Part shown: positions 49,953 to 59,645 of the stretch, in pieces
How positions within the stretch are numbered: the first letter of the stretch is position 1
Layout of the letters: each line of letters begins with the position of its first letter
Source: Bacteroidota bacterium
GTDB taxonomy: Bacteria; Bacteroidota; Bacteroidia; JADZBD01
Length of the DNA stretch: 64,000 nucleotides
Direction of reading: 5' to 3'
Assembly (NCBI GenBank): GCA_040756415.1
Contig: JBFLYZ010000003.1
Span: forward strand, 46,943-110,942
Notes under the pieces: model-generated
Databases searched by the model: none
The model's input: the letters and a program-made list of their open reading frames with translations, nothing else
Told to the model about the DNA's origin: nothing
Translations under genes and position numbers: made by a program

Positions 49953-51092
49953 ATGAACTTAAGCCATTGGGAACAGGAAATTTATCTGCGCGATATCGAT
50001 GTGATCATCATCGGCAGCGGTATCGTGGGGCTGAACGCGGCACTGAACCTGAAGATAACCGCCCCCAGGCTGAAGGTGCTGGTGCTGGAGAGGGGCGTGC
50101 TTCCCAGCGGAGCCAGCACCAAGAATGCCGGTTTCGCCTGCTTTGGGAGCGTATCCGAGCTGCTTGACGACCTTGGCCGGCAGGATGAGGACCAGGTTTT
50201 TTCGCTGGTAGAAAGAAGGTATAAGGGATTGAAGCGGCTGAGAAAGAACCTGGGCGATAAGGCCATGGCGTATGAAGCGCTGGGCGGATTCGAAGTGTTC
50301 GGCCCCAATGACAGGGCCCTGTACGAACAGTGCAGCGCCAGGATAGAAGAGTTTAACCGCAGGCTGAAAAAGATCACGGGCAGAGCGGGGGTATATAAGC
50401 GATCTGATAGAAAAATTAAAAGTCTGGGCATTAAAGGGATAGAGCATATTATTGAAAATACTGCTGAAGGCCAGATCCATACCGGTAAAATGATGCAGGC
50501 GCTTATCCAAAGAGTACATAAAATGGGCGTGCTGATCCTGAACGGTATCCATGTTCATTCTTTCGGCAGCCGGGGGGATTTCGTTTCCCTGCTTGTCAAT
50601 GATGGTATGGAGATAAAGGGCAGGCGGCTGCTGATCTGCACCAACGGATTTGCAAGGCAACTGCTGCCCGGCTACCCGGTAACTCCGGCCCGGGCGCAGG
50701 TCATGATCACCTCTCCCGTGAAAAATCTCAGGCTGAAAGGCGCCTTTCACTATGACAGGGGCTTTTATTATTTCAGGAACGTAGGCAACAGGGTATTGAT
50801 CGGGGGCGGGCGCAACATGGATTTCAAAGGCGAAGAGACCACCGAGGCCGGTCTTACGCGCGCGATACAGGAAAAACTCGAGGCGATGCTCAGGAACATG
50901 ATCGTGCCTTATGCTGATTTCACTATAGAAAGCAGGTGGAGCGGCATCATGGGCGTGGGGCCGCAGAAATCGCCTATCATCAGGCAGGTGAACGGAAACG
51001 TTTATTGCGCGGTGAGAATGGGAGGCATGGGAGTGGCCATAGGCAGCCTGGTAGGCGAGGATGCCGCTAAAATGATCCTGCGATCGTTCTGA
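49953..51092 (+). CDS. FAD-dependent oxidoreductase (DAO/glycine-oxidase family)
   Basis: Rossmann motif DVIIIGSGIVGLNAAL. ~380 aa from the Met at 49953. Confidence 0.8.
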   Translation: MNLSHWEQEIYLRDIDVIIIGSGIVGLNAALNLKITAPRLKVLVLERGVLPSGASTKNAGFACFGSVSELLDDLGRQDEDQVFSLVERRYKGLKRLRKNLGDKAMAYEALGGFEVFGPNDRALYEQCSARIEEFNRRLKKITGRAGVYKRSDRKIKSLGIKGIEHIIENTAEGQIHTGKMMQALIQRVHKMGVLILNGIHVHSFGSRGDFVSLLVNDGMEIKGRRLLICTNGFARQLLPGYPVTPARAQVMITSPVKNLRLKGAFHYDRGFYYFRNVGNRVLIGGGRNMDFKGEETTEAGLTRAIQEKLEAMLRNMIVPYADFTIESRWSGIMGVGPQKSPIIRQVNGNVYCAVRMGGMGVAIGSLVGEDAAKMILRSF

Positions 51093-51094
51093 TT

Positions 51095-52321
51095 ATGCGC
51101 ACACCCTCCCCGTTCAGCGCTTACCAGAAAGTCGTCATCGCCATTCTCGCGCTGCTTCAGTTCACGGTCGTGCTCGATTTCATGATCATGTCGCCACTGG
51201 GCGATATGCTGATCAAATCGCTGAAGATCTCGCCCAAGCAGTTCGGCCTTGTTGTTTCCTCGTATGCTTTCAGTGCAGGCATCTCGGGCATACTGGCCGC
51301 TGGCTTTGCCGATAAGTTCGACCGGAAAAGGCTCCTGCTGTTCTTCTATACGGGTTTCGTGGCCGGCACGCTGCTCTGCGGGCTGGCCGGTACCTACGAG
51401 ATGCTGCTCATGGCCCGTATCGTCACCGGCATTTTCGGTGGAGTGATCAGTTCCATCGGCATGGCCATCATCACCGACCTGTTCACCCTCGAGCAGCGCG
51501 GACGGGTCATGGGCTTTACCCAAATGAGCTTTGCCGCCAGCCAGGTACTGGGCATACCCATAAGCATTGCCATTGCCAACAAGTGGGACTGGAACGCGCC
51601 TTTCCTGGCTATCGTGCTTTTCGCGGTACCGCTGGGATTGCTCCTGTTGCTGGGCATGCGGCCCGTCAACGCCCACCTGGCGCTGCAATCGGACAAGAAT
51701 GCGCTGACGCACCTGTGGCATACGCTGCGCGAGAAGAAATACCAGACGGGCTTCATCACCTCCGCCCTGCTGCCTATAGGCGGCTTCATGCTCATGCCTT
51801 TCTCCAGCGCCTTTGCGGTGAATAACCTGGGTGTGAGCTACGGGCAACTGCCCTACCTGTTCATGATCACCGGCATCGGCTCTATCATTATCATGCCCCT
51901 GGTCGGCCGGATGAGCGACAGGTATAACAAACTCAAGCTCTTCTTTGCGGGTTCAGCCTGGGCCAGCGTGTTCGTGGTGATCTATACCAATCTTACCCCC
52001 ATCCCTTTCTGGCAGATCATTGCGCTGAACGTATTGCTCTTCATGGGCATCATGTCGCGTATCGTGCCGGCCACCGCCCTGGTCACCGCTATTCCCCAGA
52101 TGAAGGACCGGGGCGCCTTTATGAGCGTGAACGCATCGCTGCAGCAGATAGCAGGCGGCATCGCTTCGCTGATCGCGGGATTCATCGTGGTGCAGCAAAC
52201 GGAGACCAGCCCCGTGGAGCATTTCGATACGCTGGGCTACGTGGTGCTGGGCGTGATGATAGCGGGCGTTTACGCGGTGATACGGGTAGACCGCATCATC
52301 AGGAAACACGGGGCCAACTAA
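51095..52321 (+). CDS. MFS transporter
   Basis: 408 aa with 12 TM and the motif GFADKFDRKR. Confidence 0.8.
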   Translation: MRTPSPFSAYQKVVIAILALLQFTVVLDFMIMSPLGDMLIKSLKISPKQFGLVVSSYAFSAGISGILAAGFADKFDRKRLLLFFYTGFVAGTLLCGLAGTYEMLLMARIVTGIFGGVISSIGMAIITDLFTLEQRGRVMGFTQMSFAASQVLGIPISIAIANKWDWNAPFLAIVLFAVPLGLLLLLGMRPVNAHLALQSDKNALTHLWHTLREKKYQTGFITSALLPIGGFMLMPFSSAFAVNNLGVSYGQLPYLFMITGIGSIIIMPLVGRMSDRYNKLKLFFAGSAWASVFVVIYTNLTPIPFWQIIALNVLLFMGIMSRIVPATALVTAIPQMKDRGAFMSVNASLQQIAGGIASLIAGFIVVQQTETSPVEHFDTLGYVVLGVMIAGVYAVIRVDRIIRKHGAN

Positions 52322-53037
52322 GCGCGTTCTTCCTGCAGATCGCAGTACCAGAACCCCAAAGCCGCGGGCGCTGAAAGGGAGCAGCCGCCCGTCTTCAGTT
52401 CCAGCGGCCGGTACAGCTTCTCTCCCACTTTCACCTTTATCGCTTTTTCAAAAACCGGCCCCGCGAAACAAAAGGTGTGGAACTCACCGTTCTCACCGCA
52501 GGGATCCACCGCGGCAGGCAGTTGGCTGATAAACTCCTGGTCAAGCTCCCGGCCAACCCAGCGTTGGTCCAGGAAGGCATCGTTCACGCAGCAGGTAAGC
52601 GTTCTAAACCCTGATCCCAGGAATTCGCTCATCAGCCTCGCGGTATCTTCTTTCCAGAGCGGATATACGCCAGCCAGCCCCGCCTTTTGCAAAAGCGAAT
52701 CGCGGTAAGCCCGCAGGTCCTCGAGGAAAATATCCCCGTAGATCACATACGCTATGCCCTGCCTCCTGAACGCCATGAAATGTGCAAGGAGGGCATCCTC
52801 GTACTCCCGGTTGGTGCTTTCCTTCACATACATCTTGATCAGGCCGATACCGGTGAGCGCGGCCTGCCGGTCGAGCAATTCCTCGCGCACCCCATGCATG
52901 GAAACACGTTTGTAGTTGCGGTTAACGGTGGTCACGAGGTGCTTCACCTCGTATTCGCCAGCCTGGCGAATACGGTAGAGCGCCAGAGCGGAGTCCTTGC
53001 CCCCGCTCCAGAACAACACCGCTTTTTTCTTTTCCAT
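52318..53037 (-). CDS. Dph6-like (diphthine-ammonia ligase / MJ0570 family) PP-loop ATP pyrophosphatase
   Basis: PP-loop SGGKDS at the N-terminus and a C-terminal GENGEFHTFCF motif, similar to the Dph6 ATP-binding domain. It overlaps the 3' end of the TonB-dependent receptor gene by 1 bp. Confidence 0.7.
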   Translation of the reverse strand: MEKKKAVLFWSGGKDSALALYRIRQAGEYEVKHLVTTVNRNYKRVSMHGVREELLDRQAALTGIGLIKMYVKESTNREYEDALLAHFMAFRRQGIAYVIYGDIFLEDLRAYRDSLLQKAGLAGVYPLWKEDTARLMSEFLGSGFRTLTCCVNDAFLDQRWVGRELDQEFISQLPAAVDPCGENGEFHTFCFAGPVFEKAIKVKVGEKLYRPLELKTGGCSLSAPAALGFWYCDLQEERA

Positions 53038-55253
53038 CAGAAGCTGTAAGCCAGTTTAAGGTAAACGCTCCGGCCGCGTGTGCTGAAGCCGTTGATCTCG
53101 TAATACTCCACGTCAAAAATGTTTTCAGCCTTCAGCACCCCCGAGAAATGTGCGCCCAGGCGGAAAGCAGCGCTCAGGTCGACCAGCGTATAATCCGCTA
53201 CCGGTACCGTGGCCAGGGCTCCATAGGGCCCCAGGGTGGATTCGTACCGGCTGTCGCCTCGCGTGCCGGCATGCCGTACCACCGCAGTAAGACCCAGTTG
53301 TTTTATGGGCCTGTAGGTAAGCGCTATATTGGCCAGGGCCGGTGGCCTGCGCGTAAGCCCGTAAACAGTATATTCTTTCGTCAGGAACTGTCCGCTGTTG
53401 AAAAGCTGAACATGGTTGCCTTTTGTCTGGGAAGTATCGATATCGGAAGGGTCATAACTGATGCTTCCTCCAATAATGCTGAAGTTGGCGCTAACCGAGA
53501 ATTTTTCAGATAGAGCAGATCTCACGCCTAGCTCCAGGCCGTTGATCGTCATTGTCCCCAGGTTAAGATAACGGTCACCGCGGTAATCGTCCCTGCCCCA
53601 GTTCTCTCCCAGCGTATCGATCCCGATGTTCTTATCCCAGAGATAAACATATTCTATCGTATTATCTGTGATGGTCCGGAAAACGGAAAGACCCAGCCAG
53701 GTGCCCTCGTTGACGCGCTGCTTCACTCCCAGTTCAAATGATCGCGAAGTTTCGGGGTTCAGGTCTTTGTTGCCCCTGGTCAGGCCGGTAGTATAACCCA
53801 TGTCCCAGGTCACATACTGATCGGCCGTATAAAGCTGGTAGAGCGATGGAGCGTTGAAGCCTGTGGCGTATGATGCGTACAGCAGGCCCTTGTCGCCAAT
53901 TTTCACGGAGGGATTAACTTCATAGGTAAAATAGCTGCCGAACAATTCATGGCTTCCTCCCCGCAGACCTATACCAAGACTAAGGTAGGAGAGCTTTTCG
54001 GAGAACAGTATTCCACCCAGGTCGGCATGCAGGTATGCGCCCAGCGTGGTGGCCGAAGGCATGACCGTATCCAGCGAAGAGAGGATGGTGTCATATACCG
54101 GCTGGGGAAAAGCCCAGGCATTATAGTAATAGTAGAACGTGTTGGCATTCATTTCTTCAGCGCTGAAGTCAGAGCCGATCACCAGGTCGAGCCCCTTCGT
54201 ATTGTAATTGAGCTGTATCCCTCCCTGACTGTACTTACCCGTGTATTCCCCCTTGTTGTATACGCGGTCATAAACCGGCACGAACGAAGGGGTCTCTCCT
54301 ATTACGGATGAATCATCGATGGCGATGCGCGTCATATCCGTCATTCCTCCACTGGCGCTTACGCTCATGTTATCGTTCAGCTCGTATTGAATGCCGAAGG
54401 TGATCAGGTTGCGCCTGAAATCCAGGGTGTAATTATCATCATCCACGTAGGCCCGCTTATCGATATCGGTCGCCTGGTCGGTGAGCTTGTAGCCCGCAAA
54501 GATATCCCATTTCTCCCTCCTGAAACCTGCGCGGAAGCTGATATCGGTCTTTTTCAGGCCGTCAGTCATATCGGGAGCCTTATAGACGTAAGGGGTCGTT
54601 ACGGTATCCACCGTGGCATCGATCCCTTTCATATTTACATTATACCATTCCCCGCTCAGGTAAAATCCGCTTTTCAGCTTATAGGCCAGCCTGAGGTCTT
54701 CCGCAAACAGCGATGTGCCGCTGCCGAAGGTGCCCCCGGTAAGCGACACATCCGCGTTCAGGCCCTCTTTCATGGTCTTTTTGGTGATGATATTGACCGC
54801 ACCACCTATAGCGGCCGACCCGAACAAGGTGCTGTGCGCGCCCCTCACGATCTCGATGCGCTCGATGTCAGCCAGGCTGAGCTCCGAAAGATCGGGCGCG
54901 TTGTTCACAGCCGATGGATCGCTGATGCGAATGCCATCGATCATGATAATGGTCTGGTTGCTGTTGGAACCCCGCATGAAAATGCTTTGCGTATTGCCGA
55001 TGTTCTGGTTAGCGCCTACCAGGTAAATGCCCGCCTCGGCTGCCAGCAGCTCGCCCAGCGAATTATAGGCAAGGCTTTTAATGCTATCGGCCGTGATCAC
55101 GGTGACGCTGCGCCCCACCTCATCAGGGTGCTTTTCGGATCGCGTTGCCGTAACGGTGATCTCGCTGATGGTGACCAGCGAATCGTTTTGCCCCATGAGG
55201 GCCATGGCCTGCACCATCAGGGCAAGCAGCATGTAATACATTTTCCTTTTCAT
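53037..55253 (-). CDS. TonB-dependent outer-membrane receptor (cobalamin-riboswitch-regulated, BtuB-like)
   Basis: Signal peptide, N-terminal plug domain, a 22-strand barrel region, and a C-terminal aromatic residue (LKLAYSF). The 5' leader contains a cobalamin riboswitch. Confidence 0.88.
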   Translation of the reverse strand: MKRKMYYMLLALMVQAMALMGQNDSLVTISEITVTATRSEKHPDEVGRSVTVITADSIKSLAYNSLGELLAAEAGIYLVGANQNIGNTQSIFMRGSNSNQTIIMIDGIRISDPSAVNNAPDLSELSLADIERIEIVRGAHSTLFGSAAIGGAVNIITKKTMKEGLNADVSLTGGTFGSGTSLFAEDLRLAYKLKSGFYLSGEWYNVNMKGIDATVDTVTTPYVYKAPDMTDGLKKTDISFRAGFRREKWDIFAGYKLTDQATDIDKRAYVDDDNYTLDFRRNLITFGIQYELNDNMSVSASGGMTDMTRIAIDDSSVIGETPSFVPVYDRVYNKGEYTGKYSQGGIQLNYNTKGLDLVIGSDFSAEEMNANTFYYYYNAWAFPQPVYDTILSSLDTVMPSATTLGAYLHADLGGILFSEKLSYLSLGIGLRGGSHELFGSYFTYEVNPSVKIGDKGLLYASYATGFNAPSLYQLYTADQYVTWDMGYTTGLTRGNKDLNPETSRSFELGVKQRVNEGTWLGLSVFRTITDNTIEYVYLWDKNIGIDTLGENWGRDDYRGDRYLNLGTMTINGLELGVRSALSEKFSVSANFSIIGGSISYDPSDIDTSQTKGNHVQLFNSGQFLTKEYTVYGLTRRPPALANIALTYRPIKQLGLTAVVRHAGTRGDSRYESTLGPYGALATVPVADYTLVDLSAAFRLGAHFSGVLKAENIFDVEYYEINGFSTRGRSVYLKLAYSF

Positions 55254-55419
55254 CGTTTTGATGTTTTTATGTCAGCGGTCTATCCGCCAACGGTTTGACA
55301 AAAAGGATAAAAGGATAAGGATGGAGAACCATACTTAGCTTTTACCCGAAGCTTTAAATAGTTTGTAGTTTATAGTTTGTTTGCAGTTCGCATTCTTACA
55401 AACTACCCACTACATACTA

Positions 55420-55600
55420 CATACTTGCCATGGCAGGTCTTCTGACTTACACCCTGTTGTTTCGTCTTCCCGTCAGCCGGGGGGCGGACAGTGACTTTTA
55501 AGCAACAACGCTTAACGGTGCTTACAGCAGCGGGAACTGTACAGGATTCACACCTGTTTCCCTTTTAATGGCCCATTGGGCCAACCAAAAGCTGGCCTTC
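55420..55600 (-). promoter_or_regulatory. Cobalamin (adenosylcobalamin) riboswitch
   Basis: The minus strand reads AAAAGGGAAacagGTGtgAATCCtgtaCaGttCCCGCTGCTGTAAgcacc ...(variable)... gtAAGTCAGAAGACCTGCCatgg. This matches the Rfam cobalamin consensus core (GGGAA..GGTGAAAATCC..CCCGC.ACTGTAA) and the B12 box (AGYCAGGAGACCTGCC), and it lies 170-350 nt upstream of the receptor start codon. Confidence 0.8.
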
Positions 55601-55634
55601 CCCTCAGGGATGGCGTGGCAATATTAAGAAAAAT

Positions 55635-56072
55635 ATGCTTTGGCAGAATTTTTGTACTTTCATGCTCATGCCCCGTATCATGCTTATAGTCCTGCTTGCT
55701 CTTTTCGCGAAGACCGCTTCGGCCCAGACCGCTGATTTCTACAACGCCTACTTTGCCGGCAATGCTTACCTGGTGAAAGGCCAGTACGACCTGGCCATTG
55801 CCAAATACAATGAGGCGCTCAAGCTGTTCCAGGCCGACTACGTTTATTATAACCGGGGCAATGCCTATTACGGCAAAAAGGACTATGCCAATGCCAGGCT
55901 CGACTACGACAAGACCATCAAAATGAACAGCTCCTATGCTGAAGCCTATTTCCAAAGGGCTTTGGTCAAGCAGGCCCAGGGCGATAATACCTTTTGTGAA
56001 GACTACAAGAAAGCCGATAACCTCAAACTGGACGGTGCCGGTGCCGCCTACAAGAAATACTGCAAAAAGTAA
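55635..56072 (+). CDS. TPR repeat-containing secreted protein
   Basis: 145 aa with a signal peptide and 3 TPR motifs (YNRGNAYYGKKDYANARLDYDKTIKMN...). Confidence 0.65.
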   Translation: MLWQNFCTFMLMPRIMLIVLLALFAKTASAQTADFYNAYFAGNAYLVKGQYDLAIAKYNEALKLFQADYVYYNRGNAYYGKKDYANARLDYDKTIKMNSSYAEAYFQRALVKQAQGDNTFCEDYKKADNLKLDGAGAAYKKYCKK

Positions 56073-56079
56073 AGCCGGT

Positions 56080-56856
56080 TCAGATCAGCCCGCTGCCTAA
56101 AGCGATGGCCAGCAGGATAAGCGCTATGCTCACGATGGCCTGAACCGCCCCCAGCGTTGTTTTCTTCAGCAACCTGCTTCCCAGGTAAGCGCCAGCGAAG
56201 GCCGCAAGCACCGCGCAGGATAGCACGGGCAAATGATCCTTAATGGAAATATCCTTTTCTACCGAAGAGAAGTAAACCGGCAGTCGGGTAAGGTCCACCA
56301 TGCAGGCTATGGCTATGCCGGTAGCGATAAAGCTTTCTTTGCTCAGCCCCGATCTGACCAGGAACACCGTACGCAGGGCGCCCTGGTGGCCGGAGAGACC
56401 TCCGAAAAAACCGCTGATCAATCCGCCCGCGATCAAATGTTCTTTCCGGGCATGCATGTTCTTCAGTACGGGCAGGCTTTCCATCAGTGTAAAGAGAAGA
56501 ATAAGCACCGCGATGAGCAGCTTCACGGGCGTTACCGTGCATAGGCGCCCCCCCAATTCATAGGAATAGACGGGAGGAAGGGATTCGGCATAGGAGAGCG
56601 CCCAGGCGCCCAGGAAGGCGGCCGGAACGGAGGCGAGCCCGAAACGCAGCAGCACCCCGCGGTTGATATGCGGGAACGTGAGGCCCAGCTTAAACATATT
56701 GTTCAGCAGGTGCACGACACCCGTAAGGGCGATGGCCAGCCCGGGAGGGAAAAAAATAATGAATACGGGAGTGAGCAGGGTTCCCAGCCCGAAACCCGAG
56801 AAAAAGGTGAGCAGGGAGGCCAGCAGGGCCGTAAGCGCTATGACAACGTATTCCAT
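56080..56856 (-). CDS. Sulfite exporter TauE/SafE family membrane protein
   Basis: 258 aa, 8 TM, with the duplicated GxGxGG motif (FFSGFGLGTLLTP; GFFGGLSG). Confidence 0.8.
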   Translation of the reverse strand: MEYVVIALTALLASLLTFFSGFGLGTLLTPVFIIFFPPGLAIALTGVVHLLNNMFKLGLTFPHINRGVLLRFGLASVPAAFLGAWALSYAESLPPVYSYELGGRLCTVTPVKLLIAVLILLFTLMESLPVLKNMHARKEHLIAGGLISGFFGGLSGHQGALRTVFLVRSGLSKESFIATGIAIACMVDLTRLPVYFSSVEKDISIKDHLPVLSCAVLAAFAGAYLGSRLLKKTTLGAVQAIVSIALILLAIALGSGLI

Positions 56857-56988
56857 CCCGATGTGAAATTAATCAATCCGGCATTATGTATCCTTTCTCT
56901 TGTACAAATGGCGCGGGGAACGGGCTGGGCTCATCGTCATCTTTTCATGATAATTATATATATTCGTCACCCAAAATCAAGTTTTACT

Positions 56989-57864
56989 ATGAGATACCTT
57001 TCCTGCCTGCTGCTTGTTCTCCTTCTCACCAACTGCTCCCTTTTCCGCAAGGGTAAGGTGGATGTGCGATACGGCATGGACAACAATGCCTGCAAAAAGA
57101 TGCAGGGCAAAGCCCTCATGTACCTGGTATTTGTCGATACCAAGACCACCAAGCCCTGGAGCAATTTCGATCTCGCCTCCGCCCTGGATTCAGCCCGGAA
57201 AGCGGCCAAATGGCTGGAGAAGCAGGCTAAGGATAACAACCACATCCTGAACATCAGCGTGGATTATTACGGCTCCAAGTCCAAGACCAAGACCATTTCG
57301 AAAGAGCTGCCCAAGGCTTCGATCTACGAATCGCTGGACGGGCTCACGCTGGAAACAAGCATCAATAAGCTGAACAAATACGCTGACGACCTGTGCAAGA
57401 AGATCATCAGCACGGCTTTCCCCTCCCAGTCAAAAGGCTCCAAGATATCCGCGCGCGAGAAGCTGGTGAACCTGCTGCGCGATAAATACAACGTGGAGCA
57501 TGTGGCCCTTATGTTCATGTTCAACAATTATTACATGGAGGATTTTTCCATCACCACCAATACCATGAGCAAGGAAGAGACCGAGTACGCCATGACGAGC
57601 TATAAAAACCCCTCCCTCATTGCATCCCAGGTGCTCAGCCTGTTCGGTGCGGCCGGCATGGGCGAATATTACCTTAAAAAGCGGAACAAGAACGCCAAGT
57701 GGGCCCGCGAGCAGTTCCCGAACGATATCATGATCAACGCGTTCAGGCCCATCGAAGAGCTGGAAATAGGCCCCTATACCCAGTATATGATCGGCTGGAC
57801 CGATGTGATCGAGAAAAAATACGAGAAGCTCTTTTATATTGACGCTGAAAAGGTAAAGAAATGA
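56989..57864 (+). CDS. Hypothetical lipoprotein (tandem paralog A)
   Basis: Start reset to MRYLSCLLLVLLLTNC. It shares ~35-40% identity and these conserved blocks with the next gene: N.CKKM.G..L.Y..F.DTK.T..W; A..WLE.QAK.N; YMIGWT.....KKYE.LFY. Confidence 0.65.
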   Translation: MRYLSCLLLVLLLTNCSLFRKGKVDVRYGMDNNACKKMQGKALMYLVFVDTKTTKPWSNFDLASALDSARKAAKWLEKQAKDNNHILNISVDYYGSKSKTKTISKELPKASIYESLDGLTLETSINKLNKYADDLCKKIISTAFPSQSKGSKISAREKLVNLLRDKYNVEHVALMFMFNNYYMEDFSITTNTMSKEETEYAMTSYKNPSLIASQVLSLFGAAGMGEYYLKKRNKNAKWAREQFPNDIMINAFRPIEELEIGPYTQYMIGWTDVIEKKYEKLFYIDAEKVKK

Positions 57865-58763
57865 GAACAAAAACCCTTCTGGCCGCGGCTGCAGCCGCCC
57901 TGCTTCTGCTCCCGCTGGCCTGCGGCCCTTCCAAAGGCCTGGCGGACTATCGCCTGCTCATGGAGAGGAACGTATGCAAGAAAATGCGTGGCGATGTGCT
58001 CTTTTACGCCATATTCATCGATACCAAGAACACGCGGACCTGGACCGATGAGGAGGTGCGCGCCTCGGTCGATTCGATCAAATATGCCGCGCAGTGGCTG
58101 GAGCAGCAGGCCAAAACCAACGGGGTTCCGCTCAGGGTGAAAGTGAGCTACCTGAGCAGCGTGCGCACAGTTCAAAAAGACCTTCCCAACAAAACCCTGA
58201 TGGCCACTATAGGCGGCACGGGAAACGAGAACGGGGTCAAGGCCCTGAACAAATGGGCTGACGATGTAGCCAAAACGGCCGGAGGCAAAATGGAGAACAA
58301 GGCCAACCCGGGCGACACCATCCCGGTGATCAGCAACCCCAAGACCTGCGAGCGCCTTATCGCCAAATTACGCGATGAGCATAAGGTGGAAAGCGTATGC
58401 CTTTTCTTTGTGCTCAACAGCATGGTGAAAGAGGATGGCGCGGTGGTCATGAACAGGGGCAGCAATAAGGATGTGGAATATATCGTGACCAGCTACAACA
58501 CCTCAGCGCTCTATTCCTTCCTGGCCCTCGAGGAGTTCGGTGCCATCGATTTCTTCAGCATGCCCCCCGAGACCGAAAGCTACAAGATCGCCCAGCAGAA
58601 CTTTCCCAGCGATGTGATGGTCAATCCCTTCAAAAAGCTGGGATCGCTCACCGTGTCGCCCTTTACGCAATACATGATCGGCTGGACGAAGCAGGTGGAC
58701 AAGAAATACGAAGTGCTCTTTTACCCGCCCAAGACCGCCTCAGGCGGCATCAACATGCGGTAA
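57861..58763 (+). CDS. Hypothetical lipoprotein (tandem paralog B)
   Basis: Lipobox LLPLAC. It is a paralog of the preceding gene and overlaps its stop (ATGA). Confidence 0.65.
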   Translation: MRTKTLLAAAAAALLLLPLACGPSKGLADYRLLMERNVCKKMRGDVLFYAIFIDTKNTRTWTDEEVRASVDSIKYAAQWLEQQAKTNGVPLRVKVSYLSSVRTVQKDLPNKTLMATIGGTGNENGVKALNKWADDVAKTAGGKMENKANPGDTIPVISNPKTCERLIAKLRDEHKVESVCLFFVLNSMVKEDGAVVMNRGSNKDVEYIVTSYNTSALYSFLALEEFGAIDFFSMPPETESYKIAQQNFPSDVMVNPFKKLGSLTVSPFTQYMIGWTKQVDKKYEVLFYPPKTASGGINMR

Positions 58764-59510
58764 GCGCGGGGGCTTTTCGGGCTCTTCTTCCCGCTTATCG
58801 ATAAGGCTGACGCCTATGGTAGCCGCCACCACTCCCGTAACGGGAGCCAGGATCACTCCCGCGTACGGAATAAAGAACAGCGAGGAGAAGATGGCCCCTA
58901 TGATCACCGCCAGGCCGCTGTGCCTGCGTATATACCGGTAGCTTTCCTCCACGGTAAGCTTCCTGCGCTCGTTGGTATAGTCGATCAGCGAAAAGCCGTA
59001 GAAGTAAAAACCCAGCACGAACATGAAATAAAAAGTATAATCGCGCAGGATGGGTATGAGAAGCGCAAAGAAGAACCACACGGCCAGGATGAACATCTGC
59101 ATCACGATATTGCGCACGGATATCTGTATGCTCCGGTTGATGTCGATGATATATTGCTTCAGGCTGAAGCGGCTGCTGTAACCGGTAATGATCTTATCGC
59201 TTTGCGCGGAGAGCAGCGTGAGGAAAGGGGTAAGTATGATCAGGACCAGGTAGCGGTTCATCTTCAGCGCCACGAACACGAACACGGCCTTCAGCCCTGT
59301 GATCAGCATCTCGAACTCGTAATCCTTCTCCGGCAGGTCCTTGAAGCTGATCTCCCGCAGCTCCCACTCTGCCTCGCCCCCCAGCCAGAGCAGCACCAGC
59401 GAGAACGCGGCCGGGAACAGGAAGTAGAACCAGAGGTGGTGGCGGAAAATGAACTCGAAGGAGCGGTAGTAAGCTACAATACCGGTGCCAATGTCTCGGA
59501 AAAATCTCAT
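58740..59510 (-). CDS. EI24/CysZ-like domain membrane protein
   Basis: N-terminus MRFFRDIGTGIVAYYRSFEFIF and a multi-TM body typical of the EI24/DUF540 family. The start was set at the second Met. Confidence 0.6.
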   Translation of the reverse strand: MRFFRDIGTGIVAYYRSFEFIFRHHLWFYFLFPAAFSLVLLWLGGEAEWELREISFKDLPEKDYEFEMLITGLKAVFVFVALKMNRYLVLIILTPFLTLLSAQSDKIITGYSSRFSLKQYIIDINRSIQISVRNIVMQMFILAVWFFFALLIPILRDYTFYFMFVLGFYFYGFSLIDYTNERRKLTVEESYRYIRRHSGLAVIIGAIFSSLFFIPYAGVILAPVTGVVAATIGVSLIDKREEEPEKPPRLPHVDAA

Positions 59511-59645
59511 ATAGCGGGTACGAATGTACAAATTACCTGCCTGCCGGCAGAAGCAGTGGCGGGGCCCTAACGTATCCGGAATAACATTCGCTTAAAATTC
59601 GTTGGTCGGGGCCATCCGTTTCGCAGCTTTTCGTATCTTTGGGCT

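Noticed and set aside
49959-51847. Minus-strand ORFs opposite the FAD oxidoreductase and MFS genes.
   Set aside because: Shadow ORFs.
54387-55298. 303-aa ORF antisense to the TonB-dependent receptor.
   Set aside because: Shadow ORF.
55548-55955. 135-aa minus-strand ORF overlapping the riboswitch and the TPR gene.
   Set aside because: The region is explained by the cobalamin riboswitch on the same strand and by the TPR protein gene on the opposite strand.
56668-56988. 5' extension of the lipoprotein ORF that overlaps the TauE gene.
   Set aside because: Its translation is low-complexity (G/Q/E/R-rich). A proper lipoprotein start occurs at 56989.
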